Source: an uncultured Candidatus Saccharibacteria bacterium
GTDB lineage: Bacteria > Patescibacteriota > Minisyncoccia > Phycocordibacterales > UBA2100
NCBI GenBank assembly: GCA_964633425.1
Contig: CAZWFX010000006.1
Coordinates: 4,955-68,954 of the forward strand
DNA: 64,000 nucleotides
Direction: 5' to 3'
A program made the translations under genes and the position numbers. The notes beneath the pieces are model-generated. The model ran no database searches, was not told the DNA's origin, and was given only the letters and a program-made list of their open reading frames with translations. How positions within the stretch are numbered: the stretch's first letter is position 1; the number at the start of each line of letters is the position of its first letter. This document shows, in pieces, positions 8,628 to 16,363 of the stretch.

Positions 8628-8659
8628 AAAACCGGCGCAGACAACTGCACCGGTTTTTT
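8628..8659. terminator. bidirectional terminator (candidate sRNA on + / J-domain gene on -)
   Basis: AAAACCGGCGCAG-ACAA-CTGCACCGGTTTTTT, with an A run before and a T run after. Confidence 0.7.
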
Positions 8660-8671
8660 GATTGAAAGATC

Positions 8672-9829
8672 TTATGCGGTCGGCTTATTCGACGTCTGCA
8701 GTTTTTTCGCATGCAGATCGGCAACTCGGTTGAGCTGGCTCAGAAATTCGATGCCCTGCACCGCCTTGAACCTCAGGACCGTGTAGCCGTCCCGGACAAA
8801 ACGCTCAGCCGCACTGCGGTCGTTCACATCTTCGAGCGCATCGACTCCTTCCGGCGGATCAGCAACGCGCACGCTGTTTGCGTCGAATTCCATCACAACC
8901 CATACCCACGTTCCGTCACCGAGCATGCCGAGCAGGACTTTGTCCGTGTACTCCACGGTACCCTTGTCATACTCAAGCTCCGCCGCAATCTCGAACCGTT
9001 TACCGAGGATGTCTTCCCGTTCCGCCGCGAGCGGCTCGAGCAGCGCTTTCTGCCGTTCGAAATGCTCATCCAATCGTGCGGTGTAGTGCGCGAGCACCGT
9101 ACCCACATCAACGATCTCACCCGAGCCTTCGGGCGCGGGTAGGAGTGCTTGTTCCCCTGCTGTGAGCAGAAACACCTGCCGCTCCACGTTCGTTCGCGCA
9201 AGCTCGCGCACGGCAATGAGGTGCTCTCCGACCTGTTGCCGGTATTCAAGTTTCGGCGTCGGTGAGTGATTCTTATCTCCAAGGTTGTCCCAGAGGAATC
9301 CTTCGCGAAGCGACAAATACAGGTCCCGACGTTCAAGTTGTTCCAAGTACGGCGGCTTCAGCGCATCCGGAATGCCCGCCGGCGACTCAGCCTGCGAACG
9401 GAAAAACTCGTACGTCGCCTTCTCGAACCCCGAGAACTGCAGCGCGAGCTTCTCCGCTTCGCGCTCACGCACGTCCGGATCTTCGTTCAGATGATCGACG
9501 AGCGACGCAAACGAGAAATGCGGGTCCGTGAGATCAATAACAATCTCCCCGCGGCGACTGAGCGGACGCTTCCAGTTCGCAAGCAGATTGTCGTAGCCTG
9601 CACGTCTTTCACCGTCGGAAAGGACCGCATACGCGACATTGAGCAGATTGGACTGGTGTTCAGCTTCCCGCAACAACTCGGGCGCAAGCCCTTGGAAACG
9701 GTCGGGATGGTATTGCATCTGCTTTTTGTGGTACGCCGTCGTGATTGCACTCTTATCCGCATCACGCGGGACGCCGAATAATGCGTAGTAATCTATGACG
9801 AAGTCCACGCCAAACGTTCCCGTGTTCAT
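8672..9829 (-). CDS. J-domain protein with ~300-aa uncharacterised C-terminal region
   Basis: DYYALFGVPRDADKSAITTAYHKKQMQYHPDRF (HPD motif). GGAGG 7 nt upstream of ATG 9829 (track ORF extends to 9946). Confidence 0.7.
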   Translation of the reverse strand: MNTGTFGVDFVIDYYALFGVPRDADKSAITTAYHKKQMQYHPDRFQGLAPELLREAEHQSNLLNVAYAVLSDGERRAGYDNLLANWKRPLSRRGEIVIDLTDPHFSFASLVDHLNEDPDVREREAEKLALQFSGFEKATYEFFRSQAESPAGIPDALKPPYLEQLERRDLYLSLREGFLWDNLGDKNHSPTPKLEYRQQVGEHLIAVRELARTNVERQVFLLTAGEQALLPAPEGSGEIVDVGTVLAHYTARLDEHFERQKALLEPLAAEREDILGKRFEIAAELEYDKGTVEYTDKVLLGMLGDGTWVWVVMEFDANSVRVADPPEGVDALEDVNDRSAAERFVRDGYTVLRFKAVQGIEFLSQLNRVADLHAKKLQTSNKPTA

Positions 9830-9991
9830 GGCCCTACCTCCGGAGTCAAAGGTCACACTCGCGCCAGTACACCCAAAACGCGAGCGCAAGTCAAATGGAT
9901 CCATCTCTACCATACCGAGCACTGTAGGCGGTGCGCGTATCAACATGCGCGCACAACAACAGACAACCGCGCAATGCGCGGTTGTTTTGTT

Positions 9992-10498
9992 CTAGGAGAT
10001 CCACACGAGGTTCTCGACTTCGTTCTCGACCTCTTTCATCGTGACGAACATCTGTTCGGTTTTCGTCATCTCGGTGTAGAGGTCCTTTACGGACTCTTTC
10101 AGTACAAGCAGCGCAGTGTCGGCCTCTTCGCGCGAGAGCGTGCCGTGCTCGGCGAGTAGCCGAAACACGAATTCGAGCATCGGCCTCGACTGGATCGGCG
10201 TCTGCATGATTGCCGTACCGTCATCGCAGACCAGTATCAAATGTCCGTGCTGCTCGTGCGACGTATACGGACAGACGACCGTGCCATCCTTGTCCCACGG
10301 AGCGCGCATCTCCCACACCTCTACGCACGATCGGCAAAAGCCGACATGGAACGGAAACGGATGACTCATTGGAATCCGTACCTCGCCGAGCACGAATGCC
10401 ATGCGAGGATCGACTGCGTTGAGCGGATACATGCGCGTCTGCGCAAACACCCACGGGTAGTTGATTGAAAACGTCTTCTCTTCAGACTGCGCACTCAT
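9992..10498 (-). CDS. hypothetical protein (168 aa, Cys/His-containing core)
   Basis: GAGGAG 5 nt upstream of the ATG. No family recognised. Confidence 0.5.
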   Translation of the reverse strand: MSAQSEEKTFSINYPWVFAQTRMYPLNAVDPRMAFVLGEVRIPMSHPFPFHVGFCRSCVEVWEMRAPWDKDGTVVCPYTSHEQHGHLILVCDDGTAIMQTPIQSRPMLEFVFRLLAEHGTLSREEADTALLVLKESVKDLYTEMTKTEQMFVTMKEVENEVENLVWIS

Positions 10499-10588
10499 GT
10501 GCGACTCCTCGTGCTGACTACTCTATCGACACTACTCCTCAGCCGTGACGCAGGCAAGTGCAGGGCCGATGCTACAATTGTCGTATCT

Positions 10589-11059
10589 ATGGAGGACCAT
10601 ACGGTCGTACTGAGGTGGAATGCGTACGAACACGAGCACATCGAGCGCGGAACGGAGTGGTTTTGGGCACTCGGTATTGCCGCCTCATGTGCAGCACTTA
10701 CGGCTTTTCTTTTGAGTAATATCCTGTTCGGGTTGGTGATACTCCTCGGCGCATTCACGATCGCACTCATGGCACGGCACGCGCCCGAAGTCGCCACATT
10801 CGAGATATCCGTCAAAGGGCTGCGCGTAAACAGCACACTCCACCGCTATGACGAGATCATTTCGTTCTGGGTGGAAGACGAGCATGACGGTCACCCGATG
10901 CTTTTGATCGACACGGTAAAATTTCTCTCTCCCAACCTCATCATTCCCATTCACGACATCGATCCGCAGCTCGTGCGAGCGTACCTGAAAGAACATGCGC
11001 ACGAAGTGCCCATGAAAGAACCGCTCGCACACAAAGTGCTCGAGTTCTTCGGTATTTAA
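10589..11059 (+). CDS. hypothetical 2-TM membrane protein with C-terminal soluble domain
   Basis: WFWALGIAASCAALTAFLLSNILFGLVILLGAFTIALMA hairpin TM pair. ATG 10589 lies 10 nt after TACAAT (track start GTG 10499). Confidence 0.5.
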   Translation: MEDHTVVLRWNAYEHEHIERGTEWFWALGIAASCAALTAFLLSNILFGLVILLGAFTIALMARHAPEVATFEISVKGLRVNSTLHRYDEIISFWVEDEHDGHPMLLIDTVKFLSPNLIIPIHDIDPQLVRAYLKEHAHEVPMKEPLAHKVLEFFGI

Positions 11060-11065
11060 AATTGA

Positions 11066-12208
11066 TCAGTTAGCGAGAAGCGTGGTCTTTGCTTCTTTTA
11101 CGTCGCCGTTCACACTCGTGCACGTGAGTGATACTTCGGTATCAGACGCTACGCGCGGGAGCGCGATCGCACCGCTCTGCGGAACAGGATTCCCGAAGAA
11201 CGCCGTGAGGTCGGCATTCCCTGTCGCATTGAGTTCGCATATATCCATACCTCGGGTCACCCATGCGAGCGCTTCGCCCGTAGGCGACGACTGCGATGTA
11301 AGCAGCATAAGCGGTTTTGCAACCGCGACCGCACACGTTGCGCTCACAACATTCTTTCCGTCGGAACAGCGGAGACCGTAGATCATCGTCCCGTTCGGAA
11401 GTCCCGGATCGAGCCGGACTTCAGTCGCTCCCCATAATCGTCCGCCGGTCGAGAATTCGTTGCTGGAACTCATCACTGAGTTTGCACATCCGAACGCCAC
11501 GGCTACCTTCATTCCCGACTGTGCGATCTTCGGCTGGCATGAAATCTGAGCAACCGGACCGGAGACCTGCGAAACCGGAGCGCTCTCGCTGAGTGTTTTA
11601 GAAATATACCGAATCGGAGCCGCATCGAGTCCACCCTCTTCGGCAGCATCGGCCGTTGCTTCGATGATACTTTTCACCGCATCGCGACCGCTCTGCGTGA
11701 GTGTGTCCTTAAGGAGGGGCGCAACGTCTGCTGCCGTCTCACCCTTGTCGTCTATTAGACGCGCCGCAAGAATACTTGCTGCCTGCACGGGCTGTGTTGC
11801 ATTCTGTACGGCTGTGCGGATACACACATCGCCGTTGTCAGCCGGATCACACTCGGTGAGTTTGAAACACACGCCTGCGCTCGCGTACGTCGACGGCGGA
11901 CAGTATCGAATAACACACTTTGACGACACTCCAGACACGCATGCCCCGTTCTCAGAACCTTCGGGACACTGCACTGTGCGCACCGTGCCCGCACCCGACG
12001 ACATGTTGACGGTATGCACGTCGCCCGCAACGCAAGTGGACGGAAGCGCCGTTACAACGGTCGAAGCCGCAGCTGCAGACTGCGAATCGGCGGGCTGCGA
12101 TGCGATCTTGTAGCCCGATATGAACAGTACAAAGATCGCGACAAACACGAGTGCGGCAAGGACCGAGGTACCTGCCTGTGCAGTCGGGCCCGTCTGGCGG
12201 TTGATCAT
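11066..12208 (-). CDS. N-terminally anchored Cys-rich surface protein with C-terminal Ig-like repeats
   Basis: 380 aa. TM GTSVLAALVFVAIFVLFISGY. C-terminal Cys-bracketed beta-rich modules shared with the 12570 and 25637 proteins. Confidence 0.55.
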   Translation of the reverse strand: MINRQTGPTAQAGTSVLAALVFVAIFVLFISGYKIASQPADSQSAAAASTVVTALPSTCVAGDVHTVNMSSGAGTVRTVQCPEGSENGACVSGVSSKCVIRYCPPSTYASAGVCFKLTECDPADNGDVCIRTAVQNATQPVQAASILAARLIDDKGETAADVAPLLKDTLTQSGRDAVKSIIEATADAAEEGGLDAAPIRYISKTLSESAPVSQVSGPVAQISCQPKIAQSGMKVAVAFGCANSVMSSSNEFSTGGRLWGATEVRLDPGLPNGTMIYGLRCSDGKNVVSATCAVAVAKPLMLLTSQSSPTGEALAWVTRGMDICELNATGNADLTAFFGNPVPQSGAIALPRVASDTEVSLTCTSVNGDVKEAKTTLLAN

Positions 12209-12314
12209 GTATGTATCATCGCGTTGATGTGGCTACTCCGCAATGAGAATGCGGGGATATGAACCAGCGACACAACTGGATTTCGTGCGGACTCTACGCT
12301 AGACTCCTCTCCAA

Positions 12315-12386
12315 GCTCCCGTCGTTCAACGGATAGGATGCATCCTTGCGGAGGATGTGATGTAGGTTCGATTCCTGCCGGGAGCA
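12315..12386 (+). tRNA. tRNA-Arg, anticodon read as GCG (hand fold), no encoded CCA
   Basis: Acceptor GCTCCCG/CGGGAGC, anticodon stem CATCC/GGATG with loop TTGCGGA, T arm GTAGG-TTCGATT-CCTGC. Confidence 0.8.
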
Positions 12387-12395
12387 CAATGCAAC

Positions 12396-12419
12396 AAAAT
12401 CTGCCGAAAGGCAGATTTT
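12396..12419. terminator. bidirectional terminator after tRNA-Arg
   Basis: AAAATCTGCC-GAAA-GGCAGATTTT. Confidence 0.7.
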
Positions 12420-12472
12420 GTCGTTGCACGACCGAGCAGAGTACCCGCGCGCTCTGCGTGCAGGAATCGAAC

Positions 12473-12550
12473 GTAGGAGCAATGTGAGGCCAACAGGCCG
12501 AGCAGCGAGGCGGGTTCGCGGAAATGCGTTTGCGACAGCAAATGCGCTAT
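12473..12550. repeat. structured intergenic element, divergent copy C
   Basis: GTAGGAGCAATGTG, GGCC-AACA-GGCC, GCGAGGCGGGTTCGCGG, GCGTTTGC-GACA-GCAAATGC. Collinear with copies A and B. Confidence 0.5.
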
Positions 12551-12569
12551 CCGTGACTGCACTGCTTTC

Positions 12570-15371
12570 CTATTGCACCACCTTGAATGCAGCAGATATC
12601 GGGTTGTCGATGAATTTCGGTTCCGGCAGCGAAGCGTCCTTTACTTCACCGAGGTTTGCATTCACGGGCTGGTACAGCGACGCTAAGATCGCATACGCAG
12701 CACCTGGTATGAGATCGGTACCGCATACACGCGACGACGACATGTCGCAGTCCTCGTCTTCAGTCGGGAGAGTCCATGAATACGTGCCCGACTTCGAGCG
12801 ATGACCCGCTATCAGCGCCACGGTCTTTTTTTCTTCGACGCTGTACAACCACAACGCAACGGCCGAAGCGTCAGGCGCATCCGGGAAGTTCCAGCGCAGT
12901 GTTGCCTCAGACCCGCGCACCACATCGGTACGGTTCTCGATGGAAGCACTCACTGTTCCCGGACGATACACGTCGAGCGAAATCTTTTCCTGCCGACTCT
13001 CACCGGTCACCGTTACACAGTCGACATAAAAGTCGGACCGCTCAACCATCGGGGAGGTTGTCGCTATGCCTGCGGTTGCCGTGCGTGATGCGTTGCGCGT
13101 TGTGAAGTCCTCTTGGTCGGGGCTCGAGACCGTGCACGATTTCATACCGGTGGTCACCCAACCGATCAGCGCACTGCTGCCCACTTTTACCGGATTAGGC
13201 TCGGCGCGAAGCGATATAGAAACTTTTGCGAGCTGCACCGAACACTGCGCACCTGCCGTTACGTTTCCGTCTTCACATTTAACTGCAAAATTCTTCCCAA
13301 TCGCATTCTCCGGCGCGTCGTCGAGCGTGACTGTTGTTGCCCCTGCGGTCGCACCCTTAGTATCGAATCCGAAACCGGTCGAACGTTGCGAATTTGTGCA
13401 TGTGTACGAGATTGTCACGCGCGACCCCTGTTCGGCCACTTCGGGGTTGCAGGCGATCTGTGCGGTCGGTGTCGTTGCGTTATTGGGCACACATTGCCAA
13501 ACCGGGCACACCATACCTGCACCGGACGCGGTCATTTGTCGCCACGTTCCGGTCGGACACGTTGTCGGCGACGGTTGCGCGGGAAGCTGCGGACACTGCC
13601 CGTTCCCGTCCGTCCCGTATCCCGGTCGGCACGGCTGTGGCGCGACAGGTGGCGCGACAGTGTTTGTGTAGCCGTATGAGGAATTGTTTCGCACCTGATA
13701 GTTGTATTGTTCCAGTTGGTAGTTGTACTGCTGCAACTGGTAGTTGTACTGCTGCTGGTACTGCGCATACGCCTGCGGATCAGTCGGGCATGTTTGCGCC
13801 GCTCCTTGTTGCTGCTGTTGCTGCTGCCCGACACCCAAGCCTTTCATGAGTCCACCGAGAAACGACATGAGACCGCTTGCACCTGAGCCTCCGAACGACC
13901 CGAGGCCGCCGGTGGTTTGTCGCGGAGCTGTCTGCGCATCAGGGATGGTCGAGGGCGGTTGCTGCGGCGGCGCAGCCGGAGGACCGGCCGGCGGTTTTGC
14001 CGGGGGCGGTGCCGTCGTAGACGGTTTGGTTTCTACAGGCGGCGGGCATTCGCTGCTGTTACATCCGGTCTGTAAAGCGCCGGACGCTTTTGCGTTCGCA
14101 AGCTTCGGATCACTGCCGTCCCCCATGCAATATGCATCAGCACATTCCGTCCATGTACCCTTACCGATGTCATTGATGCCGGCATCCTGCGCAAGCTTAC
14201 TGCGAGCACGTGCCGCGTCATCTTGAACCGACTGAAACTGCCCGGCTGTTTCCGCCCACTTTCCGTCAAACACCTGCGCGCGAACATCCGCACCGAGTGC
14301 GGATCGAGCGCCCGCAGCTTTCTGATCGTCCTCGTTCACGATCCGTCCGACACCGCCCTCAACCGGCTCAAACGTACTTGTTTGTAAACGAGGAGTGCCG
14401 GCATTTGTTGTCCCGGAATCCGCTCTCGGATCCAGCATGGACGCGTCGGCTTTCGGTTCTCCCCCCAAATACGTACCGCCTGCACCGGGCTCTATCTCAC
14501 CGAACTCATTAAGCTTTGCACCGCCGGTTGTTTCTGTCGGGCACGGATCCACTCCTGAACATACCGTCACGGGAGGAGTTTTCTCCTCTTGGGTTTCCTC
14601 GGGCGCCTTGAACGGCTGCTCTTCACCACAGGGGTCAACTCCCGAACATTGTGTGGTCGGCAGCTTCTGCGGCTGAGGCATCTGCTGCTGCGCGTTCGGC
14701 TGCGGAGCTTCGGGCGAACCACCGCCACCGCCACCGCCGGGAATCTGCGGCATAGGCGGCAGCCCCGCATTTTGCGAATTGGTGGTCTGACCGGCACCGA
14801 ATTCTTTTTTCGGCGCGGAGCACATCTCCTTTTGCGGCTGGCCGTCGAGCACCGGAAACGACTGACACACTTTCGTTATCATGCACTTACCTTTCGCCGC
14901 TTCACGACTCGGCTCGGTTATCGACGTGCTTGAGTCCTTAGTTATCTTTACCTCGCCCTTTCTGCCGACACAGTCGTAGTCTTCGGGCTTCTGGCTCGGC
15001 TTCTTCCCCTGTTTGATGACGCCGCCAAAACACGCGTCCATCGTCGCGTTCTGGCCTTTGTCGACGGCCGTCACTTTTGGTCCTGCCTCTTTTCCGAGCG
15101 CCGCCTTTATAGCCTCTGTGCAACTCTCCGGAGCCGGAGAGTCGTATTCTGTCTTATTCGCCTTATCGTCATATTCGCTCGTATATGCGGCCGCAGTCAT
15201 GGCTAAGGCGTCTGTTCGCTCGGGAGACGTAGCGACTACAGCCTGCGGTTGCGGTCCTACCAGTTGCAAAGAACCGGCAATGAAGCCGGCGACCACAAGG
15301 AGCGAGAACGCAGAAAGCGGCGAAATGCGTCGTTCTGCATTAAGAAAATTCGCGATGTCTTCGCGGCGCAT
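12570..15371 (-). CDS. large (933 aa) N-terminally anchored surface protein, P/Q/G-rich centre, C-terminal Ig-like repeats
   Basis: TM LSAFSLLVVAGFIAGSL. Poly-Q, PPAKPPAGPPAAPPQQPP and GGGGGG tracts. No enzymatic motif seen. Confidence 0.65.
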   Translation of the reverse strand: MRREDIANFLNAERRISPLSAFSLLVVAGFIAGSLQLVGPQPQAVVATSPERTDALAMTAAAYTSEYDDKANKTEYDSPAPESCTEAIKAALGKEAGPKVTAVDKGQNATMDACFGGVIKQGKKPSQKPEDYDCVGRKGEVKITKDSSTSITEPSREAAKGKCMITKVCQSFPVLDGQPQKEMCSAPKKEFGAGQTTNSQNAGLPPMPQIPGGGGGGGSPEAPQPNAQQQMPQPQKLPTTQCSGVDPCGEEQPFKAPEETQEEKTPPVTVCSGVDPCPTETTGGAKLNEFGEIEPGAGGTYLGGEPKADASMLDPRADSGTTNAGTPRLQTSTFEPVEGGVGRIVNEDDQKAAGARSALGADVRAQVFDGKWAETAGQFQSVQDDAARARSKLAQDAGINDIGKGTWTECADAYCMGDGSDPKLANAKASGALQTGCNSSECPPPVETKPSTTAPPPAKPPAGPPAAPPQQPPSTIPDAQTAPRQTTGGLGSFGGSGASGLMSFLGGLMKGLGVGQQQQQQQGAAQTCPTDPQAYAQYQQQYNYQLQQYNYQLEQYNYQVRNNSSYGYTNTVAPPVAPQPCRPGYGTDGNGQCPQLPAQPSPTTCPTGTWRQMTASGAGMVCPVWQCVPNNATTPTAQIACNPEVAEQGSRVTISYTCTNSQRSTGFGFDTKGATAGATTVTLDDAPENAIGKNFAVKCEDGNVTAGAQCSVQLAKVSISLRAEPNPVKVGSSALIGWVTTGMKSCTVSSPDQEDFTTRNASRTATAGIATTSPMVERSDFYVDCVTVTGESRQEKISLDVYRPGTVSASIENRTDVVRGSEATLRWNFPDAPDASAVALWLYSVEEKKTVALIAGHRSKSGTYSWTLPTEDEDCDMSSSRVCGTDLIPGAAYAILASLYQPVNANLGEVKDASLPEPKFIDNPISAAFKVVQ
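13692..13763 (-). repeat. about 3.4 tandem 21-bp units inside the CDS, encoding QQYNYQL repeats
   Basis: CAGTTGGTAGTTGTACTGCTG / CAACTGGTAGTTGTACTGCTG plus degenerate flanking units. Confidence 0.8.
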
Positions 15372-15428
15372 AACGCAATGATGCGGCCTCTTAGCCGCAT
15401 CAGCAATCGGTCCACGGGGACAAGGTGG

Positions 15429-15695
15429 CTATGCAGCGACCTTTTTGAGGGACTTTGAAAGGCGCGACTTCATGCGGGCGGCCGTGTTCTTCTTGATGGT
15501 GCCGTTCTTAGCAGCCTTATCGAGCGCCTTGTAGAGGGCCGGAAGGGACTTTTCTGCACCCTTTGCGTCCTTTGCGGCAACGAGTTTAGACACAGCCTTT
15601 ACGCTGTCCTTCATCGCCTTCTTGCGGCGCGCATTAAAAACGTAGCGTCGCTCGGACACTCGTTCTGCCTTCTTTGCCGACTTCGTATTTGCCAT
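15429..15695 (-). CDS. rpsT: 30S ribosomal protein S20
   Basis: MANTKSAKKAERVSERRYVFNARRKKAMKD..., 88 aa, basic. Confidence 0.9.
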   Translation of the reverse strand: MANTKSAKKAERVSERRYVFNARRKKAMKDSVKAVSKLVAAKDAKGAEKSLPALYKALDKAAKNGTIKKNTAARMKSRLSKSLKKVAA

Positions 15696-15788
15696 TCACG
15701 GGATACTACGCAAAAAAGCGCGCGTTTGCAAGCCCAATGCGCCGCCCACCCCCATGGCGACACGGCGACGGCGCGTTATGATTCACCC

Positions 15789-16358
15789 ATGATCGGATCA
15801 GTCACGGGACAGGTTTCGGCACTCCGTGCCGGTTTTGCGATCGTTTCCGCAGGAGGGATAGGCTACAAGATCGCCGCATCCCGCTCGACGCTCGCCGGAC
15901 TCGCCGTCGGATCCCCCGCATCGCTCTGGACCCACCTCATCGTTCGCGAGGACGTATTGGATCTCTACGGATTTTTGACCGAGGACGAAATGAAATTCTT
16001 CGAGCTACTGCTCACGGTGTCCGGTATCGGACCGAAATCGGCGCTCGCCGTACTTGATATCGCTTCTATAGAAACACTCCGCAACGCGATCGCGAGCGGC
16101 AACTACGGATATCTCACGAATGTGTCCGGTATCGGAAAAAAGACCGCTGAGAAAATCATTGTGGAGTTACGTGACAAAGTCGGGCTTATCGCGAGCGGAA
16201 CGGACGCGTCACTGCGGGGTGACGAGGACGCGCTCGAGGCCATGCGCGCACTCGGCTATTCGGCGAATGAAGCCCGCGACGCGCTGCGCAACGTCCCCTC
16301 ATCTGTTCAAAGCGGTACTGATCGTCTTCGCGAAGCGCTGAAGATAGTCGGTAAATAA
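15789..16358 (+). CDS. ruvA: Holliday junction branch migration complex subunit RuvA
   Basis: MIGSVTGQV..GGIGYKI..LYGF..E..FF..LL.VSGIGPKSALAVL..VSGIGKKTAEKIIVELRDK. ATG 15789 lies 6 nt after TATGAT. Confidence 0.85.
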   Translation: MIGSVTGQVSALRAGFAIVSAGGIGYKIAASRSTLAGLAVGSPASLWTHLIVREDVLDLYGFLTEDEMKFFELLLTVSGIGPKSALAVLDIASIETLRNAIASGNYGYLTNVSGIGKKTAEKIIVELRDKVGLIASGTDASLRGDEDALEAMRALGYSANEARDALRNVPSSVQSGTDRLREALKIVGK

Positions 16359-16363
16359 ATCGT

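Larger units (their letters stand above)
8469..8659 (+). ncRNA. candidate small RNA between two terminators, GGA-rich with tandem GGAG(T/C)GA heptads
   Basis: About 190 nt bounded by terminators at 8447-8468 and 8628-8659. Hairpins CTCCATC-AGCA-GATGGAG and CTCGGAC-AG-GTCCGAG. No credible ORF. Confidence 0.35.

Noticed and set aside
12421-12500. Minus-strand tRNA suggested by GTTCGATTCCTGC (reverse complement of 12461-12473)
   Set aside because: The flanks cannot form a T stem, acceptor or anticodon arm. Only the 13-nt T-arm fragment is present. It is reported as an observation under copy C.
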